Shown in pieces: positions 26,145-36,454 of a stretch of DNA of 64,000 nucleotides. The DNA is from Candidatus Doudnabacteria bacterium (GTDB taxonomy: Bacteria; Patescibacteriota; Doudnabacteria; UBA920; O2-02-FULL-48-8): assembly GCA_025450105.1 (NCBI GenBank), contig JANWIA010000024.1:229-64228 (forward strand), given 5' to 3'. The notes beneath the pieces are model-generated. The model did not search any database, was not told the DNA's origin, and saw nothing but the letters and a program-made list of their open reading frames with translations. The number at the start of each line of letters is the position of its first letter. Positions within the stretch are counted from its first letter, which is position 1. Position numbers and translations under genes: made by a program.

Positions 26145-27034
26145 AAGCACTTTTTTCTTTTCTAGTAACAATAACCGTTTTAGCCGCAGGCGCCATGTAC
26201 GTCCAATCTTTCAATGCGCCTTGTAATACGGTTCTAGAATACAGCGTCGGTTCCATTGACCCGCGCTTTGGACTAACCCAAAGTGATTTTTTGGCAGACA
26301 TCCAAAGTATGGAAACTGTTTGGGAACAACCGATGGGCCAGGAGTTATTCAAATATAATCCTGAAGCCGATTTCAAAATCAATTTAGTTTTTGATGAGCG
26401 TCAGCAAAAAACCCTGGATGAGCGCGATGCCCGCCAGGAAATAAACCTAAACGAACAATCGTATGCTGTGCTGGTTTCGCAATACAACAGTTTAAAGTAC
26501 CAACACGAACAAGCGGTTAAGAAATATAATTCGGATCAGGTTAGCTATGAAACCAGATTGGAAGCCTATAATGCCGAGGTTAACAAATTTAATAAAAACG
26601 GCGGCGCAACCCAGGATGATTACACCCGGTTAAGCGAGGAGAAAAAACTTTTGACCCAAATGGTCGTGCAATTGGAGCGTCAGCGCGTCGCCGTCAATTT
26701 GGAAGCCAAGAACTTGAATGATGTCGTGGATAGGATTAACGAAGTCGCGAGCAATTTAAATTTGGACGTTAATGACTACAACGGAAAATTCGGGACCTCA
26801 AAACAATTCGACCAAGGGGTATACACCGGCACTGCAATTAATATTTACCAGTTCAATGAAGAGACTGATTTGAAATTGGTGGTTGCCCACGAACTGGGGC
26901 ATGCCCTAAAATTGGAGCACGTGGAAGAACCAACCGGAATCATGTACTACTTGATGGGTCAGCAGGATTTGAGTAATATCCATTTAACGGCAGCAGATTT
27001 GTCTGAATTAAAAACCGTTTGTAAGGTAAAATAA
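26141..27034 (+). CDS. Matrixin-like (metzincin) metalloprotease with coiled coil
   Basis: HELGHALKLEH plus Met-turn IMY; N-terminal signal/anchor. Confidence 0.85.
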   Translation: MKALFSFLVTITVLAAGAMYVQSFNAPCNTVLEYSVGSIDPRFGLTQSDFLADIQSMETVWEQPMGQELFKYNPEADFKINLVFDERQQKTLDERDARQEINLNEQSYAVLVSQYNSLKYQHEQAVKKYNSDQVSYETRLEAYNAEVNKFNKNGGATQDDYTRLSEEKKLLTQMVVQLERQRVAVNLEAKNLNDVVDRINEVASNLNLDVNDYNGKFGTSKQFDQGVYTGTAINIYQFNEETDLKLVVAHELGHALKLEHVEEPTGIMYYLMGQQDLSNIHLTAADLSELKTVCKVK

Positions 27035-27038
27035 TTTT

Positions 27039-27512
27039 ATGGACAAAAATTTGAAAGTTGTGGCAGTCAGTGGGGGATTTGATCCGGTGCATCCGGGCCA
27101 TGTCCGCATGTTCAAGGAAGCTAAAGCCCTTGGGGATAAATTAATTGTCATCCTCAATAATGATAATTGGTTGCACAAGAAAAAGGGTTATGTGTTTATG
27201 ACCGAAAAGGAACGGGCCGAAGTTATTCGGGCAATCAGATATGTTGATGAGGTATATGTTACTCAACACAAGGCCAATACTGATGATATGAGCGTGGTTG
27301 AAGCTTTGAAGAAAGTTAAACCGAATATTTTTGCCAATGGCGGCGATAGAAACAAAAAAAACGTCCCAGAAGTGGCCGTTTGTGAAGCAATAAAGTGCAA
27401 AATGGTTTTTAATGTCGGTTCTGGCGGAAAAATTCAGTCAAGTTCCGCGCTTGTTGATAAGGCTGCTAAAGAGGCGCCGCGCAAAGTCGCCATAAAAATC
27501 AAAGGAAAATAA
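27039..27512 (+). CDS. Cytidylyltransferase-family nucleotidyltransferase
   Basis: SGGFDPVHPGH (HxGH), NGGDR and QSSS motifs. Confidence 0.88.
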   Translation: MDKNLKVVAVSGGFDPVHPGHVRMFKEAKALGDKLIVILNNDNWLHKKKGYVFMTEKERAEVIRAIRYVDEVYVTQHKANTDDMSVVEALKKVKPNIFANGGDRNKKNVPEVAVCEAIKCKMVFNVGSGGKIQSSSALVDKAAKEAPRKVAIKIKGK

Positions 27513-28034
27513 TTATCCCAATTTTTCGATGAAGTCCACCAATTGTTTGGTGGCTTTTTCTAATCCACCGGCCGCAAAAGAATTTTGAATCTCCAAATCA
27601 TAGTCGAGGACAAATTCGGCGCGCTTCAGATCCTCTTCCAAACGGTCAATGCCTCGGTAAACCTTTTGCATTTTTGGAATAATCTTAACGATTTTGACCG
27701 GATACTTAGCGTTGATCAGTGTTGTTACGCCTTCCTCAATCACAGCGGAAAGCAAATGTTGTTGTTTTAATTTACTGTCTAGTTCCGCAAATTCAAAACC
27801 ATATAAATTACCAGCATATTCGACCCGGTCCGCAAAGCCTTTTTGTGCATGAATGGCGTCGAACTCTTCCTTAGAAATTAAACGGTAAAAAATATCATCC
27901 TCTGCTGAACGGCGCGGTCTTGTGGTGGTGGAACGAAGCACCCCAATTTTATCGCCCAAAGCTTTCATGGTCTCGGACATGATTGCGGATTTGCCGCTGC
28001 CAGAAGGCCCGACCAAACAAATAATGTAATGCAT
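27513..28034 (-). CDS. gmk: Guanylate kinase (divergent)
   Basis: GPSGSGKS, TTTRPRR and YAGNLYG motifs. Confidence 0.75.
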   Translation of the reverse strand: MHYIICLVGPSGSGKSAIMSETMKALGDKIGVLRSTTTRPRRSAEDDIFYRLISKEEFDAIHAQKGFADRVEYAGNLYGFEFAELDSKLKQQHLLSAVIEEGVTTLINAKYPVKIVKIIPKMQKVYRGIDRLEEDLKRAEFVLDYDLEIQNSFAAGGLEKATKQLVDFIEKLG

Positions 28035-28057
28035 ACATATAGTTTATCATAACAGTA

Positions 28058-28112
28058 TTCAAAGGTGACCTTTGCAAAAGACAAAGGTCACCTTTGAATT
28101 CACCTTTGAATT
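28058..28112. repeat. Inverted repeat with a duplicated arm end
   Basis: TTCAAAGGTGACCTTTG...CAAAGGTCACCTTTGAA followed by a second TCACCTTTGAATT. Confidence 0.7.
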
Positions 28113-28186
28113 GATTGACCGCAAAGCTAATTAATGTTAAGCTGTGCTATCTTGAAATGTTATTTTTTTGCCAGTAAACTTCATAT

Positions 28187-29404
28187 ATGCCTAAAGTTTC
28201 CAAAGTTATCAAATCCCATAAAATTTTATTTAGCGTCCTTGGCGCCATTATTCTTGTTGGCGCTTTTTTGTATGTCTTCAATATCGATTTAAATGTCAGG
28301 GAAGGGCTTTTCGAAAAAAAGCCAGCACAAACCGCTCTTGGTGACAAAGAAGTGTCTGCTACCGCCAACGCCGTCCATTCGGAATGTGAGGCAAAGGCTC
28401 AACCAAGTGAAAAGTTTGATTGCTACGGCACAGAATTTGATACTTTTATGCGAGCCCAAGGCGGACGCAAGACTCTAGAATTATTGCAAAAGGTTAATGA
28501 CCTTGGTGGATATGCCCAAACCAATTGCCATCCGCTATCCCATGAAGTCGGTCACATTGCATTGCGAGTTTACAAAACCATTCCAGCCGCGGCTCCAGAA
28601 TACTTACCAACATGCAGCTCCGGTTATTACCACGGTTTGCTTGAAGAATATTTGGCCAATGTCCCAAGTTATGAGCAGGGGATTGCCGATGCCTGCGGCG
28701 ATCCGGAAAAAGAAATTTTCTTTAACTGGTTCCAATGCACCCACGGCGAAGGTCATGGCATTATGCAATTCCGCGACAATGAAGTCCCTCAATCTTTGGC
28801 GGACTGTGATTTATTGCCGGAAGCTAAGAATGCCCGTGAAATTTGTTACGGCGGCGTGTTCATGGAAAACATCACAACCGAAGAAAAAACTGGCCACGTT
28901 TCCAAATACATAAAAAAGAATGATCCAATCTACCCGTGCAACGGCAAGGAGATCGCGGAAAAATACCGCAGTGCCTGTTATTTCTTGGCCAGTTCGCAAA
29001 TCTTAAAGATTAATGGATATGATTTTCGCGATGCCAACAAATGGTGCGCCACAGTGGAAGATAATTACCGTTGGTTATGTTTTCAAAGCTTAGGTCGGGA
29101 CGTTTCCGGGGCAACCCTCCGCAATATCCCGCAGGTCATTGAAAAATGCCAATACGGCATTCCTAGCGATAATGCCAATTGTTTTTATGGTGCCGTTCGG
29201 GATTTTGTAAACGAGAAAGGGGAGTTTGATACCGGTATCGACCTTTGCAACCAGGTTCCAAATGATTACAAGAAAAATTGTTTCGAGGCAATATTTTTAG
29301 ATTTGGGATTGTATAAAACCGGCCAGGCTTTTTTGGACGTTTGCGACCGTACACCACAACCATACCGCGACCAATGCCGTGCCAAGCTTCCTCAAACCCC
29401 GTAA
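28187..29404 (+). CDS. Membrane-anchored Cys/His-rich repeat protein
   Basis: N-terminal TM; CHPLSHEVGH, CSSGYYHG, CTHGEGHG, CYGGVFMEN and repeated C-x8-10-C pairs. Confidence 0.8.
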   Translation: MPKVSKVIKSHKILFSVLGAIILVGAFLYVFNIDLNVREGLFEKKPAQTALGDKEVSATANAVHSECEAKAQPSEKFDCYGTEFDTFMRAQGGRKTLELLQKVNDLGGYAQTNCHPLSHEVGHIALRVYKTIPAAAPEYLPTCSSGYYHGLLEEYLANVPSYEQGIADACGDPEKEIFFNWFQCTHGEGHGIMQFRDNEVPQSLADCDLLPEAKNAREICYGGVFMENITTEEKTGHVSKYIKKNDPIYPCNGKEIAEKYRSACYFLASSQILKINGYDFRDANKWCATVEDNYRWLCFQSLGRDVSGATLRNIPQVIEKCQYGIPSDNANCFYGAVRDFVNEKGEFDTGIDLCNQVPNDYKKNCFEAIFLDLGLYKTGQAFLDVCDRTPQPYRDQCRAKLPQTP

Positions 29405-29485
29405 TCGGCGACTATTGATATTTGGCGCGGAATTGCTATAATATTTTGGAAGTTGGGGAGAAATCCCTTTTAATATTGATTAATT

Positions 29486-30838
29486 ATGAAACGAAAAGGT
29501 CTTTACTTTAAATTTTTGGTTATCATTCTTTTGGCTGCTGGCGCCGGATATTTAGTTCACCCGGGTGGAAGCAAGATTAGCCTTAAGCCATTAGGGATCA
29601 ATTACGAAAAACAATATAACCTCAAACTTGGTCTCGATTTGCAGGGCGGCACGCACTTGGTTTACGAAGGGGATCTGAAGGATATTCCAAGCGATGCCCA
29701 GGCTGACGCCATGAATTCTGCGCGCGATGTCATTGAACGCCGCGTTAACGCTTTTGGTGTATCTGAACCGTTGGTTCAGGTTACCGGCACCAACCGTTTG
29801 ATTGTGGATTTGGCTGGCGTTAAGGATATCAATGAGGCTATCGATTTGATTGGACAAACCCCGTTTTTGGAATTTCGGGAAGAAAATCCTAATCCAACTT
29901 TGAAGCCAAATGAAAGCGGCGAGGTAACAATTTCACCAACCGATGCTTTTAGTGCCACTGACTTAACTGGAAAAGAATTTACCCGCGCGGTTTTGGAATT
30001 TGAACCAAACACTGGTGCCCCTCAAATTACATTAAATTTCAACGACGAAGGTACGAAGAAGTTTGCGGCAATCACCCAAAAAAATATCGGGAAGCGCGTG
30101 GCGATTTTCCTCGATGGTGACATTATTTCTGCCCCAACGGTACAAAGTGCCATTACCGATGGCAAGGCCGTAATTTCGGGCCAATTTAGCTTGGCAGAAG
30201 CCAAGGAATTGGTGACCCGATTGAATTCCGGGGCTTTGCCTGTGCCAATCAAACTGATCCAGCAACAGAACGTGGGCGCCACTTTGGGTTTGCTTTCGGT
30301 CAAGAAAAGTTTGGAAGCCGGGATCATCGGATTTATCATCGTCGCTTTGTTCATGATTATCTATTACCGATTGCCGGGTTTGCTCGCTGTCATTGCGTTG
30401 TCGATATATATTTTGATCAGCATCTCGTTGTTTAAGATTTTCGGCATCACACTAAGTCTTGCGGGCATTGCCGGTTTCATTTTGTCGATTGGTATGGCGG
30501 TTGACGCCAACGTTTTGATTTTTGAACGCACCAAAGAGGAATTGCGCAAAGGAAAAACTTTGCAGCAGGCAGTTGAGGACGGATTCAACCGGGCGTGGTT
30601 GTCGGTCCGCGATTCAAACGTCTCAAGTTTAATCACAACTTTTATTTTGGGATATTTCGGTACCAGCATTATCCGAGGATTCGCTATCACGTTGAGTTTG
30701 GGTATTTTGGTTTCCATGTTTACCGCTATTACCGTGACCCGAACTTTCTTGCGATTGTTGGTCGGCCACAACATTTTTGTAAATCACTGGTTATATGGAG
30801 TCCGTCACATGGCAGAGGAGAAACCACGCAATGCTTAA
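29486..30838 (+). CDS. secD: Protein translocase subunit SecD
   Basis: LGLDLQGG, RRVNAFGVSEP and GMAVDANVLIFER motifs. Confidence 0.97.
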   Translation: MKRKGLYFKFLVIILLAAGAGYLVHPGGSKISLKPLGINYEKQYNLKLGLDLQGGTHLVYEGDLKDIPSDAQADAMNSARDVIERRVNAFGVSEPLVQVTGTNRLIVDLAGVKDINEAIDLIGQTPFLEFREENPNPTLKPNESGEVTISPTDAFSATDLTGKEFTRAVLEFEPNTGAPQITLNFNDEGTKKFAAITQKNIGKRVAIFLDGDIISAPTVQSAITDGKAVISGQFSLAEAKELVTRLNSGALPVPIKLIQQQNVGATLGLLSVKKSLEAGIIGFIIVALFMIIYYRLPGLLAVIALSIYILISISLFKIFGITLSLAGIAGFILSIGMAVDANVLIFERTKEELRKGKTLQQAVEDGFNRAWLSVRDSNVSSLITTFILGYFGTSIIRGFAITLSLGILVSMFTAITVTRTFLRLLVGHNIFVNHWLYGVRHMAEEKPRNA

Positions 30839-31730
30839 TATCATAAAATATTATAAATTTTGGTTTGCCGTTTCTGCGGTCATTTTTGTCATCGCGGTTT
30901 GGTCATTAGCTGTCCACGGCTTAAACATCGGTATTGATTTTAAAGGCGGCACTTTGTCGCAAATTAATTTTACTCAAGGCGTGCCTGCAAATGCTGAAAT
31001 TCAAGATATTCTGCGCCAAAATGATTATAACGATGCCATTATCCAGCCGTTGGAAGGCAACACAGTCATTATCCGAACCGGTCCGCAGGAAAAGGAACGT
31101 CACGACGCCATGATCAAAGTCCTGACCGATAAGTTTGGGGCTATTACCGAAGAGCAATTTAGTTCCATTGGACCAACAATCGGCAATGAATTACGCAGCA
31201 AGGCTTTTTATCAACTCGGCATTGTCAGTTTGGGGATTGTTTTCTACATTGCCTATGCATTTAGAAAAGTCGCCCGCCCCGTGTCGGCATGGAAGTTCGG
31301 TTGGGCCGCAATTATTGCGTTGGTCCACGATTTAGTCATTGTCATTGGGGTCTTCTCATTACTCGGAACATACTTTGGAGTGGAAATCGACAGTTTGTTC
31401 GTCACGGCGCTGTTAACAGTCTTAGGATTTTCGGTTCACGACACCATTGTCGTCTTTGACCGAATCCGCGAGAATTTGCGGGTGCGTGCTGGGCAATCTT
31501 TGCCAGACATCATCAACAGCAGCATCAATCAAACTTTGGTCCGATCCATCAATACTTCTTTAACCGTAGTTTTTGTACTGACATCAATGTTGCTGTTCGG
31601 TGGCGAAACAATCCGATGGTTTGTCATGGCGCTCCTGATTGGAATCGTTGCCGGAACCTACTCTTCGATTTTTATTGCCAGCCCAATTTTGATGGTTTGG
31701 CATAAGTGGGACATGAAGCGTAGGGGATAA
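30831..31730 (+). CDS. secF: Protein translocase subunit SecF
   Basis: GIDFKGG, HDTIVVFDRIRE, RSINTS and GTYSSIFIA motifs; start re-called to ATG 30831 after GAGGAG. Confidence 0.97.
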   Translation: MLNIIKYYKFWFAVSAVIFVIAVWSLAVHGLNIGIDFKGGTLSQINFTQGVPANAEIQDILRQNDYNDAIIQPLEGNTVIIRTGPQEKERHDAMIKVLTDKFGAITEEQFSSIGPTIGNELRSKAFYQLGIVSLGIVFYIAYAFRKVARPVSAWKFGWAAIIALVHDLVIVIGVFSLLGTYFGVEIDSLFVTALLTVLGFSVHDTIVVFDRIRENLRVRAGQSLPDIINSSINQTLVRSINTSLTVVFVLTSMLLFGGETIRWFVMALLIGIVAGTYSSIFIASPILMVWHKWDMKRRG

Positions 31731-31740
31731 CTTTATACGC

Positions 31741-31770
31741 AACCCGCCTAAAGTGGCGGGTTTTTCTTTT
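31741..31770 (+). terminator. Terminator after secDF
   Basis: AACCCGCC-TAAAGT-GGCGGGTT followed by a T-tract. Confidence 0.75.
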
Positions 31771-31787
31771 GTGGAAAAGAGCTTGGC

Positions 31788-31816
31788 TTGACAATACGCA
31801 AATTTTGTGCTATACT
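31788..31816 (+). promoter_or_regulatory. Sigma70 promoter
   Basis: TTGACA-N17-TATACT with a TG extension. Confidence 0.75.
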
Positions 31817-31833
31817 GATTGCGATAAATAGCC

Positions 31834-32961
31834 ATGTCTGAAGAAAATCGAGAAAACCAGGTAGGATCGAGTATTTTGGATACCATCATGGGCAGTCAGA
31901 CCCAAAGCAATTTGAATAGCTTTGAGCCAGCCCGGTTGGTCAGCCAAATTCTTACAAACCTCAAAGACCGTGACCGAGAAATTGTCACGAAGCGTTTTGG
32001 TTTGGACGGGAATGAAGTTGATACCCTGGAATCGATTGGGCAAAAGCACAATCTTACACGTGAACGGGTCCGCCAAATCGAAAAAGATTCTTTGGCCACC
32101 CTGAAGCAAAAGAAACTCAAAGACCTCGCCGAATCCTTACAACTTATTTTTGATACAATCGTTGAGCATGGCAATATTATTTCCGAAGACATGCTCATCC
32201 AAACGATTTTGGTCAATCGACCAGGTAACCGCGACGTAGCTGCGGTTAAATTTTTATTGAACCTGTCCGATCAAATTAAATTTATTAAAGAAACCGAAAA
32301 CTATCGGGCCTCATGGGCTGTAATTGGATTCGATACAAAAAAATTGGACGAAACCGTGGATGAATTGGTGAAAATACTTTCTTCATTCGGCAAAGTCATG
32401 CCGCAAGAAGATTTGTACAAGCGCCTTAAGCAATCCGAATACTTTGCTAAGCATTCTTTTGAATTGAATGATCGGGTAATCAAAAGTTATTTGGATGTTG
32501 CCAATAAAATTCAGATTAATCCGTTTATGGAAATCGGTCTGATGGATTGGACAGAAGTTAAGCCCCGCGACGTTGGGGATAAAGCTTATTTGGTCCTAAA
32601 ACATCACGGCAAACCGGAACATTATTCTCAAATCACCAAATTGATTAATGACCGGCACTTTGACGACCGAACCGCTTACCAGGAAACCGTCCACAATGAA
32701 TTAATTAAGGATTCACGATTCGTTTTGATTGGCCGTGGCACTTATGCCTTAACCGAATGGGGCTTTAAGAAGGGCGTAGTTGCCGATGTCATTCGCGATG
32801 TTTTGAAAGCATCAAATAAACCTTTAACCCGCGACGAGATTATTAACGAAGTTCTTAAGCAGCGCTTTGTTAAACGAAACACAATTCTGGTTGGATTGTC
32901 GAACAAAAAGTATTTTGTGAAAGTTGGCAAGGACAAGTACTCCCTCGTCGCTTCCGAATAA
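31834..32961 (+). CDS. Sigma70 region-4 HTH plus HARE-HTH (RNAP delta-like) protein
   Basis: RFGL...TLESIG...LTRERVRQIE and TVHNELIKDSRFVLIGRGTYALTEWG. Confidence 0.85.
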   Translation: MSEENRENQVGSSILDTIMGSQTQSNLNSFEPARLVSQILTNLKDRDREIVTKRFGLDGNEVDTLESIGQKHNLTRERVRQIEKDSLATLKQKKLKDLAESLQLIFDTIVEHGNIISEDMLIQTILVNRPGNRDVAAVKFLLNLSDQIKFIKETENYRASWAVIGFDTKKLDETVDELVKILSSFGKVMPQEDLYKRLKQSEYFAKHSFELNDRVIKSYLDVANKIQINPFMEIGLMDWTEVKPRDVGDKAYLVLKHHGKPEHYSQITKLINDRHFDDRTAYQETVHNELIKDSRFVLIGRGTYALTEWGFKKGVVADVIRDVLKASNKPLTRDEIINEVLKQRFVKRNTILVGLSNKKYFVKVGKDKYSLVASE

Positions 32962-32967
32962 AAATAA

Positions 32968-34302
32968 ATGCAATACATTTTTGAGTTTTTTGGAATACTT
33001 ACCAGCTCCTTGCTGGTAACAAGCTTGGCTGGTGCCATGTTTTTTGGCGCCGCGGTTTATATTTGGTATAAATTGCGCGTCCATGCCAAGCAAGTTGCGT
33101 ATGGCAAAAGCCTAAAGTTTATTTATTTGGAGGCGAAGATTGATCAATTAAATGAACGATCGCCCTTGGCCATGGAACAAATTTTTGCCTCTTTACACGC
33201 AATCTATTCCGGCTTCAGCTGGGGCGAAAAGTTTAACGGAAAATTTGTTTCTTCGACAACTTGTGAGTTAGTCAGTCTTGGTGGCCGTGTGTCCTATATT
33301 TTTAAAATCCAAGACCGTTATCGAAATTTATTAGAGAGCGCGATTTTTGCCCAATACCCGAAAGCGGAAATTATCGAGGTTGAAGACTATCTAAAACATT
33401 TGCCGCGATTTTATAATCCCGAGACTGCGGAATTTGATTTTTGGGGGACACAATTAAATAAGAGACTGGATGTATCAAAGTCCTGTTATCCAATCAGAAC
33501 TTACGGCGCGTTTGAGCATACCGAACAGGAAACCATTATCGATCCGTTATCATCAGTCATCGAGGTCATGAGCAACCTTCAGCCTTACGAGCTTATGGTC
33601 AGTCAAATTGTTTTTAAACCGGTTGATGAATCATGGAAAAAGAAAACCGAAGAAATTTTGCGCGGGTTGCGTGGCAATCCAAAGAAAAAATCGAAACCAG
33701 GAATTTTAGATGGTCTTTTGACAATACCCATGACCATCATTCACGAATTGGTCGGGATAGTTTTTCCAAAAGGTGAACCAGTAAAGCCGGAAAGAGCCAA
33801 AGAGGAACCGCCAAGTATGATCCAGCATTTGAGCGAAGGACAAAAGAATGTTTTGGCCGGAATTGAACACCAACTTTCTAAAATCAGTTACGAAGCAAAA
33901 ATTCGTTTGTTTTATTTGGCGCCAAAAGGTAAGCTCAACAAATCTCTTCGTATTCCGGAAATTATCGGGGCCTACAGAAATTTTGATGACCCGAGCATGA
34001 ACGGACTGAAGCCAGATTTGAAAAAAACCTGGACAGGCGTCAGCTATAAGTATTTTGAATCCTTAGAAAAACCGTGGCGTGACAGCCAGGAGCTGACCCG
34101 AAAAAGAAAATTTTTGATCGCATTCAAGGATCGCGACCACTTCAAGGGTTCGGGAAAATGTTATTATAATTCGGAAGAGATGGCTACACTTTTCCACTTC
34201 CCACAATCTCCAAATGCCCGTGTTAGCCAAGTTGAAAAGGTTGAAACGGTTAAGACTGCGCCGCCTTCTAATTTACCAGTTAGCGATATAGGACCCCTTT
34301 AA
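32968..34302 (+). CDS. Membrane-anchored hypothetical protein associated with a VirD4/TrwB-like ATPase
   Basis: N-terminal TM, AMEQIFASLH, AQYP.AEI.EVEDY and EMATLFHFP; directly precedes the ATPase. Confidence 0.7.
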   Translation: MQYIFEFFGILTSSLLVTSLAGAMFFGAAVYIWYKLRVHAKQVAYGKSLKFIYLEAKIDQLNERSPLAMEQIFASLHAIYSGFSWGEKFNGKFVSSTTCELVSLGGRVSYIFKIQDRYRNLLESAIFAQYPKAEIIEVEDYLKHLPRFYNPETAEFDFWGTQLNKRLDVSKSCYPIRTYGAFEHTEQETIIDPLSSVIEVMSNLQPYELMVSQIVFKPVDESWKKKTEEILRGLRGNPKKKSKPGILDGLLTIPMTIIHELVGIVFPKGEPVKPERAKEEPPSMIQHLSEGQKNVLAGIEHQLSKISYEAKIRLFYLAPKGKLNKSLRIPEIIGAYRNFDDPSMNGLKPDLKKTWTGVSYKYFESLEKPWRDSQELTRKRKFLIAFKDRDHFKGSGKCYYNSEEMATLFHFPQSPNARVSQVEKVETVKTAPPSNLPVSDIGPL

Positions 34303-34312
34303 TAAAACAAAT

Positions 34313-36388
34313 ATGCCTGAACTAAACGACATCACAGTCTTCGCCAAAACCAGCTTCCGTAACCGGGAAGTGGCTTTTGGCATCCGCAGAGATGACCGCC
34401 GCCGCCATATGTATGTAATTGGAAAAACTGGTATGGGTAAAACCACTCTAATCGAAAATATGGTTATCCAGGACATTCTCAATGGCGAGGGTGTAGCCTT
34501 TGCGGACCCGCACGGCGATTCCGTGGAAAAGGTTTTGAATTACATTCCGTCCAACCGCATCAACGATGTCATTTACTTTAATCCGGCCGATACAGATTTC
34601 CCAATTGCCTTTAATCCGTTAGAAGCGGTTGACCCAAAGTACAAGCATTTGGTGGCATCTGGTTTGATGGGCGTCTTTACCAAAATCTGGGCTGGGGTCT
34701 GGAGCCCGCGCATGGAATATATTTTGAATAACACCATCCTGGCGCTTTTGGATTCTCCGGGCAACACCATGCTTGGTATCGCCCGCATGCTAGTCAACAA
34801 AACTTACCGCAAAAAAATTGTCGATAATATTAAGGATCCGGTTGTCCGGTCTTTCTGGGTCGATGAATTCGCCAATTACAACGATAAGTTCCGAACCGAG
34901 GCTATTGCACCGATCCAAAACAAAGTCGGACAATTTTTGTCATCGGCGATTATCCGTAACATTGTCGGACAAACCAAGAGTACGATTGATTTACGCCAAA
35001 TTATGGATGAACGCAAAATCTTTTTGCTTAATTTATCCAAGGGCCGCATTGGCGAGGACAGTTCGGCGTTGCTCGGAGCCATGATCATCACCAAATTGCA
35101 ATTGGCAGCCATGAGCCGGGTCGATGTACCAGAAGAAGAACGCAAGGATTTTTATTTGTATGTCGACGAATTCCAAAATTTTGCTACGGAATCTTTTGCT
35201 AGTATTTTATCTGAAGCCCGTAAATACCGCTTGAATTTGATTGTCGCCCACCAATATATCAACCAGTTGAGCAACGATAAGAACACCGTTGTCCGCGATG
35301 CGATCTTTGGCAACGTCGGGACATTGATTGTTTTCCGCGTCGGGGCTGATGACGCCGAGTTTCTGGAAAAAGAATTTGAACCGACCTATACTTTGAACGA
35401 TTTACTGAACCTGACCAAGTTCAACATCTATTTAAAATTAATGATCAACGGTGTCGCCTCAACTCCTTTTTCAGCACTGACCTTGCCGCCAATTTCCCAA
35501 CCAACACAAAACGAGGACACCGTGGTTAAGGTTTCGCGGGAACGCTACGGTACCGCCCGGCAAATTGTCGAGGAAAAAATCCACAAGTGGTTAGGTTCCG
35601 AATACCATGCCGAAGCCGCCCGTGTGGAAAGCGATTCGGTTAACGAAGATGATGCCCAGGAAAGTTTCCGGTTCAAGGAGCAAGTAAAACTGGATACCAA
35701 AACCGGTATGCCGGTTGCTGAAACTTTGAACCGCCCGGACCAAGTTACACCTTCAGCTCCTATGGCAGCTCCAAAACCTGCAACTCCTGTGCCTCCAAAA
35801 CCTGCAACGCCGCCACCCGCAGCTCGACCAATAGTACCTCCACCAAAACCAGTACCGCCGCGGCCAGCACAGCCAAAGGTAGAACGACCCCCAGAACAAC
35901 GTCCACAACAACAACCCGAACGCCGACAGCTTGAACGGAGATTCAAGCAGTCTTCTTCGCATCCGCAACGCCGCAGCACGGACAGGCAAAGCGAAAGACC
36001 AAAGCCTAAATCCAATAATCCGGTATGGGAAACAGTCAATAAACTTTCCCAGGACAAGCTTAAAGAAAGTGTTGAAAAGACTAACAGTGCTTTAGAATCA
36101 ATTAGTAAAACCTTAGAAACCTCCTTAAAAACGGAATTAAAAAAGGTAGAGGTCAACAAACCGGAACCGTGGCCAGAACCGGAACAAAGGATTTGGGAAC
36201 CAACACCAGAGCCAATGCCAACTATCCCTGAAGAGCAAGAGCAGGATAATGATCCATTCCCACCCGGCGGCAATGCACAGAGTCATTTGACTATGATTCC
36301 GCATAAAGACCACCCAGGAATAGCAGATGCCCTAAAAAAGGTCCCTAAGTTATCAAAAGTAAAACCGGGCGACAAGATTAAACTCTAA
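34313..36388 (+). CDS. VirD4/TrwB/HerA-like P-loop ATPase with a Pro-rich disordered tail
   Basis: DRRRHMYVIGKTGMGKT Walker A, DPHGD, LYVDEFQNF Walker B, SEARKY and GNVGT. Confidence 0.88.
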   Translation: MPELNDITVFAKTSFRNREVAFGIRRDDRRRHMYVIGKTGMGKTTLIENMVIQDILNGEGVAFADPHGDSVEKVLNYIPSNRINDVIYFNPADTDFPIAFNPLEAVDPKYKHLVASGLMGVFTKIWAGVWSPRMEYILNNTILALLDSPGNTMLGIARMLVNKTYRKKIVDNIKDPVVRSFWVDEFANYNDKFRTEAIAPIQNKVGQFLSSAIIRNIVGQTKSTIDLRQIMDERKIFLLNLSKGRIGEDSSALLGAMIITKLQLAAMSRVDVPEEERKDFYLYVDEFQNFATESFASILSEARKYRLNLIVAHQYINQLSNDKNTVVRDAIFGNVGTLIVFRVGADDAEFLEKEFEPTYTLNDLLNLTKFNIYLKLMINGVASTPFSALTLPPISQPTQNEDTVVKVSRERYGTARQIVEEKIHKWLGSEYHAEAARVESDSVNEDDAQESFRFKEQVKLDTKTGMPVAETLNRPDQVTPSAPMAAPKPATPVPPKPATPPPAARPIVPPPKPVPPRPAQPKVERPPEQRPQQQPERRQLERRFKQSSSHPQRRSTDRQSERPKPKSNNPVWETVNKLSQDKLKESVEKTNSALESISKTLETSLKTELKKVEVNKPEPWPEPEQRIWEPTPEPMPTIPEEQEQDNDPFPPGGNAQSHLTMIPHKDHPGIADALKKVPKLSKVKPGDKIKL

Positions 36389-36454
36389 ACAAAAGGGTCA
36401 CTCAGATTAGGGTGACCCTTTCGAATTCTGCCCAAATTTGTTAGACTATCGTTT

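Noticed and set aside
35545-36273. 242-aa Gly/Ser-rich minus-strand ORF
   Set aside because: Antisense shadow of the Pro-rich ATPase tail.
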